Source: Barthelona sp. PCE (taxonomy: Eukaryota). From it: a stretch of 64,000 bases of DNA. Positions 51,674 through 60,817 of the stretch are shown one piece after another; the first letter of the stretch is position 1, and every line of letters starts with the position of its first letter. The notes beneath the pieces are model-generated. The model had not been told where the DNA came from. It searched no databases and saw nothing but the letters and a program-made list of their open reading frames with translations. Position numbers and translations under genes: made by a program. The stretch covers positions 62,001 through 126,000 of the forward strand of contig JAUFOR010000001.1 of the NCBI GenBank assembly GCA_040285745.1. The letters are read 5' to 3'.

Positions 51674-53560
51674 ATGGGAAACTCAGTTCTTTCAAGAGTA
51701 ACTGTAGAGAACAGAACCAATGAAACGGCTCAAATCCCTACAGAACGTGAAGATATTCTTCATTTGGTCCAATCCGTTGCTAATCATACGCAACCTAAAA
51801 AAATAGTCTACTTTGACGGCAGCGATGCTATTATAGCCGACATTAAGGCACTACTTGTCGAGCAGGGTCTTCTTCGCCCTCTCAAGCGTCCTAACTGTTA
51901 CCTGGCACGCACTGACGTTCGTGACGTTGCCCGTGTGGAGTCAGCCACACAGATCTGTACGGAGACCCGTGAAGAAGCTGGAAAGCTGAACAACTGGATG
52001 GAAACAGATATCGCTCTTTCTATTCTCAAGAAGCGTTTCGATGGTGTTATGCATGGTCAAACGATGTACGTTGTTCCGATAGCCATGGGCCGCGTTGGTC
52101 GTGCGCACACCATGTACAGCATCATGATCACAGATTCACCTTTTGTCGTTCTGAATTTGAGTATTATGAGTATCGCTGGAGATTCTGTGCTCACATTCCT
52201 TAACAACAACCCTGACATGGATTTCACGCCTCTAATTCACTCTGTTGAATATCCTATTATTGGAGGCAGTCACCAACCTCGCGTATTGCCCGTTGGAAAC
52301 CCTTCAAAGAAGCTTGTGTGCCATTTCCCACGCGAAACAGGCTCAGCAGTCGTCTCAATTAGCGCAAGTAACGGTGGTGATGCTATTCTTCCAAAAAAAA
52401 CTTTAGCGTTGCGTATTGCAAGCTATATGGGTCGCAAACAAGGATGGATGGCCGAGCATATGTTTATTATCAAGGTAACGAACCCTGCCGGCCGCGAGTT
52501 TGTCGTCTTGGGCTGCTACCCTTCTGCATGTGGTAAAACAACGACCGCAATGTGCCCTGCCCCCGAAGGATGGAAGATTGAGACAATAGGCGACGATATC
52601 GCCTGGTTGTGGATTGACAGCAAGGGAAAGCTCAGATGCATCAACCCCGAGGCTGGTTTCTTTGGTGTCAGTTGTGGCACAGCTGAGGATTCTGTAGCAG
52701 GAAAAATGCTCCAGGAGGACGCGTTCTTCACAAACGTTGCTCTTACAGACGATAACGATGTCTATTGGGAGGGAATGAATGGGGAAACTCCAGAACATCT
52801 CATTGATTGGGTTGGTAATGACTGGACTCCTGCCGTCGGTAAATACCGTCCAGCTGCTCATCCGAACGCACGCTACACCGTTTCCAAGCACAAGTGCCCC
52901 ATTCTCACTTCAGATTACCCTGATGACGACGAGGCCGGTATTCTTGTGGATGCTATCATATTGGGATCACGCCGTGCAAACCTGATTCCACTTGTTAGAC
53001 AAGCCAACAGCTGGGAAGAGGGCGTGTTTATGGGATCAACCATGTCAAGTGAGGTAACAGCAGCCTCACAAGATCAGACAGTCGGTGCGGTCCGCTTTGA
53101 CCTTTTCGCAAACCGCCCCTTCATTGGTTACGACGCTACCGAGTATCTTCAGCACTGGCTTGATCTCGGCAAGACGTTGGGCTCCAACGCACCCAAAATC
53201 TTCTATTCTAATTGGTTCCTCAAGAATGACGAGGGAAAGTTCATGTGGCCCGGTTTCGCCGAGAACGCTCGAATCATTCAGTGGGTGTGCAACCGTTGCG
53301 AAGGCTCAATTGGGGCTACAAGCACCCCAGTTGGCTTGGTACCTTCACCAGGAGACATTCCACTGGATAACTTGACGAATGCAAAGGGCGAGATCTTCAC
53401 ACAAGAGGACTTCGATCAGCTTATTGCCTTCGATAAGGAGGGATGGCGTAAGTACTTCATTCAAATTAACCAGTGGTATCGTTCTCTTGAATCTGAAACT
53501 TCAAAAATCCCAACTGCTCTCCGTGCTCAGCTTTATGCTCTCCGTAACCGTCTTGCTTAG
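51674..53560 (+). CDS. PCK: Phosphoenolpyruvate carboxykinase (GTP-dependent)
   Basis: DVARVES, KKTLALRIAS, WMAEHM, PSACGKT, GDDIAW, NPEAGFFG, AHPNARY, WPGFAENAR. Confidence 0.95.
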   Translation: MGNSVLSRVTVENRTNETAQIPTEREDILHLVQSVANHTQPKKIVYFDGSDAIIADIKALLVEQGLLRPLKRPNCYLARTDVRDVARVESATQICTETREEAGKLNNWMETDIALSILKKRFDGVMHGQTMYVVPIAMGRVGRAHTMYSIMITDSPFVVLNLSIMSIAGDSVLTFLNNNPDMDFTPLIHSVEYPIIGGSHQPRVLPVGNPSKKLVCHFPRETGSAVVSISASNGGDAILPKKTLALRIASYMGRKQGWMAEHMFIIKVTNPAGREFVVLGCYPSACGKTTTAMCPAPEGWKIETIGDDIAWLWIDSKGKLRCINPEAGFFGVSCGTAEDSVAGKMLQEDAFFTNVALTDDNDVYWEGMNGETPEHLIDWVGNDWTPAVGKYRPAAHPNARYTVSKHKCPILTSDYPDDDEAGILVDAIILGSRRANLIPLVRQANSWEEGVFMGSTMSSEVTAASQDQTVGAVRFDLFANRPFIGYDATEYLQHWLDLGKTLGSNAPKIFYSNWFLKNDEGKFMWPGFAENARIIQWVCNRCEGSIGATSTPVGLVPSPGDIPLDNLTNAKGEIFTQEDFDQLIAFDKEGWRKYFIQINQWYRSLESETSKIPTALRAQLYALRNRLA

Positions 53561-53629
53561 ACCCCTTTCCCCATTTCTTCCCCAATAAATAGACCAAAAC
53601 TCGAAAATTTACTTTGTCAATGAAATGAT

Positions 53630-55402
53630 CTACAGAGGAACAACCTCGAATTCGGGCATGATAGTAGAGCATATAACGTCAATGCGCTTCTGATCATGCG
53701 CTACAAAGACAATAGACTCCTCTGGGTGAACTGCTGTCATGTTGACCACACCAACGTCGACTGTGGACCCGTCCTTGTTCTTCACCGTGAACTCACCAAT
53801 GAGCTCATCACGACGATACACGACAACACTGTTGGAGTTCGTGGGAGCAGCGAAAATGTTGCCGGCGTTTGATAGCGAAGCGTATTGTGCGAAGTCTGTG
53901 TACTGCTTGACTTCAATCATGTACGTTTGAAGATCACCGTCAGATACAAATGCATCCAGATCAAAGAAGATGTAACCAACAGTTCTTGTATTCGTGATAC
54001 GATGGGAGAGCCCAATGTTCTTTGAATCCTTTGAGCACAAAATGTGGTACGGGTGCCACGCCCCGTCGAAGATCTTCTGCTCTCGGGTGATTTCCAAATT
54101 CGGATCTAATATCTTTAGATATGCACACTTCATTTGAGGGTCTCCAACAGCAACAATGAAACGCTCGTTGTCAGGCGTGAGAGAGATTAACGCATATATC
54201 GTCTTGAACCCAGCATGGTCAATACGTTTTTCCTCTATGAGGTTACCTTCAAGGTCGAAATCGTAGCTATGCATGACTTTATCGTCCCAGGAGTTGATAC
54301 GGATACGCTCATCGACGTGTGTCACAACAAGAGCGCTTTCTGTGTTGCGCTGCGGGAGCTTGACAGTACCAGTAATATCAAACAAAACGGTGGCGTGCGC
54401 GTTATCCTTAATCTCAATAACAATAATTGACACGCGTCCGTCTTGGGTCTCGCATGTTACACAAAGAAGGTCGTCGCTGATCCAACGGCAGAAATTTCCA
54501 AGGCGGAGCGAAGCGTTTGCAAAATCATCCTGGACATAGGCCAGACGTGAGTTACCATCATAATTGAACGTCGTGATACAGCACATGGTGTCCACGATGC
54601 AGTATTTGCTGCCCGTTGGATTCCAAATACCAAACCACTGCTCTCCTTTTGACTCTAATTCTAAAGTTCTAAACTCGAGTTCCAAGTCCAGGTTTGCCCA
54701 ATTAGTCTGAGATATGACGTTGTCTTTTCTTCCACCAGAGGAGAAACCCTCCAGGAGACCAAAGGCTGGAAAAAGGGTCATACCACTGAGTTCATTAACC
54801 AGGTTGAGGATATGGCGGTCGACCTCTTCACCGATACTGTATTCACGCTTGTTGGTAAAGAAGTCGGAGACGGCGCTGTCCAAGCCGTTGCGCAGTAAGT
54901 GTAGCGTTGGGTTTGCCTTGGATAGACAACTGTTCCTATTGTGACGGAGATACTTGACAACAGCGGCTTTATCAGTTAGTAACACCATAGAAAGCAAGTG
55001 TGGGAGAACATTTTGCTCGAATACATCTGCAAATTCGACGTAATTGTCTTGGACAAGTGAAAATGCACCCTCAAAGTTGTTCTTGTTGATTTCATCGAAG
55101 AACCAATGAAGCAGAATCAACCTGCGGGCCTTAATGTGCTCTTGGGGAGACGGGAAAGAACAAGAGGTCACAATTGTGTATACAGTCATCCAATCGCGTG
55201 CTGAGAAGGCTTCATAGAATTGTGTTTCCCTGTCAAAGGTAGTAGTTGTGATCCCCAGACTTTGGGCAAGACTGTGAGCTTCAGAATTAAAACCGTTCAG
55301 AGCAAGGTAACTTGTGATTTGTCTGAGTGTCCCATGGTTATTTATATCGTCTCCAAACGACGAACCTGTTTTTTGCATCTTCAAAGGAGGACTTAAAGGC
55401 AT
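53630..55402 (-). CDS. WDR26: WDR26/GID7-like LisH-CTLH-WD40 protein
   Basis: LisH (LRQITSYLALNGFNSEAHSL), CTLH (FYEAFSARDW), then divergent WD40 blades (EQWFGIWNPTG...VNMTAVHP). Confidence 0.7.
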   Translation of the reverse strand: MPLSPPLKMQKTGSSFGDDINNHGTLRQITSYLALNGFNSEAHSLAQSLGITTTTFDRETQFYEAFSARDWMTVYTIVTSCSFPSPQEHIKARRLILLHWFFDEINKNNFEGAFSLVQDNYVEFADVFEQNVLPHLLSMVLLTDKAAVVKYLRHNRNSCLSKANPTLHLLRNGLDSAVSDFFTNKREYSIGEEVDRHILNLVNELSGMTLFPAFGLLEGFSSGGRKDNVISQTNWANLDLELEFRTLELESKGEQWFGIWNPTGSKYCIVDTMCCITTFNYDGNSRLAYVQDDFANASLRLGNFCRWISDDLLCVTCETQDGRVSIIVIEIKDNAHATVLFDITGTVKLPQRNTESALVVTHVDERIRINSWDDKVMHSYDFDLEGNLIEEKRIDHAGFKTIYALISLTPDNERFIVAVGDPQMKCAYLKILDPNLEITREQKIFDGAWHPYHILCSKDSKNIGLSHRITNTRTVGYIFFDLDAFVSDGDLQTYMIEVKQYTDFAQYASLSNAGNIFAAPTNSNSVVVYRRDELIGEFTVKNKDGSTVDVGVVNMTAVHPEESIVFVAHDQKRIDVICSTIMPEFEVVPL

Positions 55403-55682
55403 GGAATTGGGTTAGAAATGGAATTACAAGTTTTAGCCCAGCAAAACTGGCCCAAACTTTTACACGGTATTGATGGTGGGGTATCTGTTTTTTATGATCA
55501 ATTTATAACAAGCAAAATCCAGATATGGAAGTTGGGAAAAACTGCTGAAATTCCAATATGAATGGAAATGAGAGACGGATATAACGAAGAGGAGTGTGAC
55601 CTAGAGCATAAGCTGACAGTTGGTCGAGGTTGTTAAATGATGATAAAAATTGATTTATGGACGATCATTTACTTTAACAATA

Positions 55683-57992
55683 CTAAATTCGTCTTATATC
55701 AAATAGCTGATCGATATGATCAACAATTTCATACTGAGAACTTGCACATGTCATTAAACGAGGAAAACTGTGAAAGTGAGAAAGAGATTCATAGTACAAA
55801 AAGTGTAATACCTCTGAAGCATGCTGTTCTGTAATTCTTCCAAGCAGCGTTCGCACACCCATATACCAATCTTTTGGGCACCATGCAATGAGCGCCCTAA
55901 TGCAGTAAGCAAACAAATGAATCTGAGCCTCATCATACTTCCCACTGTTCAAAACTGGAATCAGTTCGTCAATTGTTCTCAAGAAACGAGTGTCGTCCCA
56001 ATCTAAGGGTAATAGAACTCCACAATTGGAACTAACAAATGGATATTCAACTCTACCAATCTTGAAAAACTGAGGATTTTCTAACGTTCTCTCACCAATC
56101 GTTTTAAAGCCTTGGGTCTCAGATGGGTACACTAGTACGGGATCATGATACCGTTTTTTAATCTTTTCCTCGATCTTATCCAATAGATTAGGGGAATTCA
56201 CACACGATATTCGATTAAACTCTCCATCTGGATACTTTTCACGCTGATTTATATGTGCACGTGCCCAATGGACAACCAGAGGTAGGTTATCAATGCCAAG
56301 ATTAGGGTACTCTTCCGGTGCCAAATTAGTATGAGTACCAGGATTGTTGAAACCTGATTCAAAACTTTTAACCATATCTATTAGATATTCTAAATGTACT
56401 AAATCGGTCATGTAGTCAACTTCATCTACAAATATGTTTTGGAACACCTGATACCATTCAAATGCTCGATCATATCCATGATACAAATGCAAAGGACGTC
56501 CTTCATCGTATATACCAGGGTGATTTTGTTCATACTCTTCAATACGTTCTCTATATAATTCCCAATATGAAGGACGAGGGTGAAACAATTCAAAGAAAGT
56601 GTGATTTTGTCCCATTTGATCTTTCATCGCCTTGATTCCATAATATTCGACTACTTTTGCCCAGCGATGCACAAACTCAGGCTCATCAGATCTTTCTTCA
56701 ACTATTTTAACTAATTCAGAAACAAGTTTGGCGTTATAAAACTCTACAAAACCTTCATCATCCAAACCCTCCTCTTCTTCAAAATCTGAGGAATAGTCCC
56801 ATTCTAGCCAACCGAACACCTTCCCCATTTCTGAATAATAACGAGGCAGGAAATGAAATTCTTTAAAATTTAGGCAGTGAGACCAACACCATATGATAGT
56901 GAACTCTGCATATTCCTTTTGCTCCTGTTCAAATGCAGGATACCGATTCCAAAAAACATTAAAGTATTTAGAAGAACATAAAAGTTCTTTGATATTGTAA
57001 AGCTTTAAGAATACAGGCAAAGCTAATCTCATTAGCCTCGATGGCACAGCTTCGTGGTCTTCTAAGTATGACAAAGCCTCTTTAAATATCATATCAACAA
57101 CATCTTGACTTATGGTGGCTGGTTGTCTAAAACAATTTCTGAACGCAATTTTTCCTTCATCAAGCGTGCCATTCAAAATGTAATGGTTCAAAATTCTAAA
57201 TCCGTCAATTTTGGGAGCTAGTGAAGGAATTCTAAAAAAAAGAATCTCTAGTGGTATTCCGCCAAAACGAATGGTTAAGTTCCTTCTCGAAAGGCAATCG
57301 AGGATCTTGGGGTACTTTTCGACTGAAGGGTCGACATCTCGATCATTTAACATTGGAAGAGCAACTTTACCATTTCGGTAAAAACGCTTAAACATCATGT
57401 AGATGGTTTCTTCCTTACATGAGTGGAAGTCTGACTTCCAATCAACATCAGTGTCATGAAAAAAAGTGTGAATGTGCTCATCTGGAATGTTCGAACCTAG
57501 CGAGTGGAAATCCCACCAAAAATCAATGACTTCATCCGTTGATCCTTGTTTAAATTGAAAACCCAGCTTGTGGGCAATAAAGAATACGGGAAATACGTTA
57601 AATATGCTTTTTTCGTGTTCATCTAGTCGATTATAAAATTGGAAATAAAGACGCTGGTAGAGTGGCTCTTCTCCTTCCTCTTCTTCTTCTTCGTAGAAAT
57701 TTATATAAAGTGGGCCCGGATGTGCATCTTTCATATCAACAAAACTGTGCAAACTTCTTTTCCATCGATTTAATGTGATAGATTTCTGCCGGGATGCTCC
57801 AATTCCTTTCTCAAGAACATTGTGCATAAAAATTCCGCCGTAATCATGCTGTGATATCGCTAACAGCAATTCAAAAGAGATATAACGTGATGAGCAAACA
57901 TGTTCAACTACCATATCATACCTACCCTCATTAAATGCCACAACAATAGGATCGTCGCATGCAATCGTGTATAAAGAACCCGAATCCTCCAT
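55683..57992 (-). CDS. Hypothetical protein (769 aa, aromatic-rich)
   Basis: Long uninterrupted ORF; no family recognised. Confidence 0.8.
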   Translation of the reverse strand: MEDSGSLYTIACDDPIVVAFNEGRYDMVVEHVCSSRYISFELLLAISQHDYGGIFMHNVLEKGIGASRQKSITLNRWKRSLHSFVDMKDAHPGPLYINFYEEEEEEGEEPLYQRLYFQFYNRLDEHEKSIFNVFPVFFIAHKLGFQFKQGSTDEVIDFWWDFHSLGSNIPDEHIHTFFHDTDVDWKSDFHSCKEETIYMMFKRFYRNGKVALPMLNDRDVDPSVEKYPKILDCLSRRNLTIRFGGIPLEILFFRIPSLAPKIDGFRILNHYILNGTLDEGKIAFRNCFRQPATISQDVVDMIFKEALSYLEDHEAVPSRLMRLALPVFLKLYNIKELLCSSKYFNVFWNRYPAFEQEQKEYAEFTIIWCWSHCLNFKEFHFLPRYYSEMGKVFGWLEWDYSSDFEEEEGLDDEGFVEFYNAKLVSELVKIVEERSDEPEFVHRWAKVVEYYGIKAMKDQMGQNHTFFELFHPRPSYWELYRERIEEYEQNHPGIYDEGRPLHLYHGYDRAFEWYQVFQNIFVDEVDYMTDLVHLEYLIDMVKSFESGFNNPGTHTNLAPEEYPNLGIDNLPLVVHWARAHINQREKYPDGEFNRISCVNSPNLLDKIEEKIKKRYHDPVLVYPSETQGFKTIGERTLENPQFFKIGRVEYPFVSSNCGVLLPLDWDDTRFLRTIDELIPVLNSGKYDEAQIHLFAYCIRALIAWCPKDWYMGVRTLLGRITEQHASEVLHFLYYESLSHFHSFPRLMTCASSQYEIVDHIDQLFDIRRI

Positions 57993-58958
57993 AATTAACT
58001 CTAATATTAACTAAAGAGAGTGCAAAGCTAAAAACAGTGTTAAAGTGTTGTTTTTGTAATATATTTAACAGTATAGGTTCCTTAAGAAGGTTAGTACGGG
58101 CTCATAACCTTTAAACAGTATTACCAAACAGCGAAATTGAAGATTTCCATTTTTCGCTAAGTAATCTTCACAATAAGCTGAATAAAGGAAATTTGTGGCA
58201 AAAATCTACGATTTTTATACCTTACAATCGATATTTTCGATTAGTTGCATCATAAACTCACCTTACTAAAACCTGCACTTAAATTTTCTTGCTTCCATTG
58301 TAATTATACTCATTTACCGCTGTTGATGTCGAAAGCGAGCAATAGGCCGGCCAAAAAATTTGTGTATTTGATAGAAATATGTTTTGGAGATGATTCATAT
58401 TATACAGTATGTAATTAGGCAGATTTTGTCAACAGTGCTTCAAATGGGAAAAATAGTGGTTCACTATGCTTGCATTTGCATTCCATTTTACTGCAGCTAA
58501 TTCTTATAATAATACAACATTGAGTTAAAGAAAAAATTATGAATAAAATTTTTAGTTTGAGTCAGCTTAGTTCTATTCTTGACATATGTACGGTAAGGTA
58601 GTGTACTTTCCATTGTCCATATCTACTATTTAAACGACATCATACAAACATTATTATGAAAAATAAGCTTTGTATAAAGGTGTTAAACCTTAAAGCAAAC
58701 TTACAGGAACTGAACAGTACTCTAGACCCATTATAGCACAATTTGAGCACAGAATTATGAGCTGAACTAGATAAAAATTATAACTTCTGTTTTGCTTCTG
58801 TGTATTTCCAACAACCAATCAAAACAGTGTCAAATGAATGTAAAACTTGTTGTTATACACTAGAAAAGTGCATATCTAATTCATATGAACAAATATTAGT
58901 GAGTTATGGAATTTTTTTTGTAACGCGATGTATAATTTAAAGTCAAGTAAATACGTAT

Positions 58959-60560
58959 TTACACAAAGAAATCCTCAAAGCTCTGTTGCTTTGCACTCTT
59001 ATAATCAATAAATGTATCTGATACTAGGGATAGGAAAGCATCAATATCCTCAAACGTTGTGGGGTATCCAACGCTCATCCTAATTGCACCGAGGGGCTTG
59101 CCATCTAGTAGATCAGTGTCATCACCACAGCTTGTCCTCGATGTAGCCAAATCCAAAAACTGCTCATCGGTTAATCCACAGAAAGAGGTACAACCACCAG
59201 GATTACAATGACATCCGCTCCTGATATGGATGTCTTTGCGTTCAAAATACTTTGAGACCTCTCTGAAGCCCAAGTACTCACCATCGGGTCGTACAACGTG
59301 GAAAGTCAGTATACCACCTTGTAAATTGGGGTTGTCACTGCCAACGATCTCAATCACTCGCTGGCCTGTGCTGTGCCTGAGCTCAGTGAGGTTATGGTAG
59401 GCGTATTCTCGCAGTGCCCATGTATGTGACTGAATGTTTTTGATTCCAAGTTCATTAATAACAGAAAAACCATAGTTGATACTTAAAATGTCGAGGAAGG
59501 CAACCGTGCCATCCTCAAAGCGTTCCTCGAGACGAGGTACAGGTTGGCAAGTATTGGTATCGCAAGCACTAAACACTACAGTTCCGCCACCCCAGAATAT
59601 TTTGTTAAGCATGTTACCGGATTCTCTCTTCACCATGAGCGCACCTAGGCCCGTGGGGAAGCCGAACATTTTGTAAAACGACATGCAGAAGAAGTCTGGC
59701 TTATACTTACCTATGTCTAGCTCATTTGTTGGAACATAAGCAGCACTATCCAGGAAGACAAACCACTTTCCGGGACCCAATGCACCCTCTTGGACTTTCT
59801 TAATCCATTCAAGAGGGTATTTGCGACCTGAAAAGTTACTTTCAGCCGGGAAAGCAAAGAGATGCATGCCTTCTGCTGAACTGTTTAGAGGCGGTTTCTC
59901 TCCTCTCAGGATTGCGACAACATCATCCTCGCTGATTGAAGTGAACCTTCCGCCCTTTTCCTGAGCTTTGGCTCTGATCGCAAGCACGCTGTTGTGATTA
60001 TCCTTCAGATAAACGAAATGAGATTGTTTATCCCATGGAAACGTGTCACTGAGCAGCTTCATGGCTCCTGTCGAACCAGATGTGAATATACTGGCATATT
60101 CGGAGCTTTTGGCATTATAAAAATCTAAGATTGCCTTTCTGGCTGAATGAATCTCGTGCTCAGTTCTGAGAGCCGGGGCAGACCTTGAGTGTGCATTGCC
60201 GTATAGATTCTCCTGCAGAGCTTTATGTACCTTATCAATTTGTTTGAGCTGGTACAAACCACTGCCTGTAAAGTCAAGATAAATTTCACTCTTGAGGTAT
60301 TTGAACTCATCATGACGAAGACGTTCAAGTGTACCGTTATATCCGTAAACATTTCTGTATTTTTGCAAAAACCACTCTTTGCGTTGCACTTTCGCGGGGT
60401 CTGGCGGGACAAGCGGGTTTTCATTGATGAAGGGTTCGGCTTCCTCAGGCTGAGCGCACTCACAATCATGTGATTCACATTGATTGGAAATAAGGCCCAC
60501 GTGTGATACTGCCAGCACGACGATAACGGCTGAAACCAAAGCGACTTTCTTAAACGACAT
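58959..60560 (-). CDS. Molybdenum cofactor sulfurase-like PLP enzyme (NifS-like domain only) with an N-terminal signal/anchor
   Basis: YLDFTGSGLY, YGNAHS, DNHNSV, SFYKMFGFPTGLGAL (PLP Lys), RFEDGT, IRSGCHCNPG; no MOSC domain. Confidence 0.88.
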   Translation of the reverse strand: MSFKKVALVSAVIVVLAVSHVGLISNQCESHDCECAQPEEAEPFINENPLVPPDPAKVQRKEWFLQKYRNVYGYNGTLERLRHDEFKYLKSEIYLDFTGSGLYQLKQIDKVHKALQENLYGNAHSRSAPALRTEHEIHSARKAILDFYNAKSSEYASIFTSGSTGAMKLLSDTFPWDKQSHFVYLKDNHNSVLAIRAKAQEKGGRFTSISEDDVVAILRGEKPPLNSSAEGMHLFAFPAESNFSGRKYPLEWIKKVQEGALGPGKWFVFLDSAAYVPTNELDIGKYKPDFFCMSFYKMFGFPTGLGALMVKRESGNMLNKIFWGGGTVVFSACDTNTCQPVPRLEERFEDGTVAFLDILSINYGFSVINELGIKNIQSHTWALREYAYHNLTELRHSTGQRVIEIVGSDNPNLQGGILTFHVVRPDGEYLGFREVSKYFERKDIHIRSGCHCNPGGCTSFCGLTDEQFLDLATSRTSCGDDTDLLDGKPLGAIRMSVGYPTTFEDIDAFLSLVSDTFIDYKSAKQQSFEDFFV

Positions 60561-60817
60561 TATGTCAGTTTTGTTAGAAAGGGTTGTTATTTGGAAAACA
60601 ATCTCTGCTTTGGTCTTTTCTTATGAGGATCGCAGATAGCATTCTATTGCACAAGACAGCCCACAAGCTGGTGTAACTTTGTAATCGTGTGGCTGAAAAC
60701 TACCTGCATTAATAGGTTTATCTACAGTATTGTTGCTCAATATGCACACTTTGAAGATGACAAGCGTGTATTAACAACAGTATATCATGGACGATTGCTG
60801 ACATGCTAGCTTAAATT

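Noticed and set aside
57993-58958. Long AT-rich spacers (also 36801-37498 and 51137-51673) as possible mobile elements or ncRNA
   Set aside because: No terminal repeats, ORFs or recognisable RNA motifs seen by eye.
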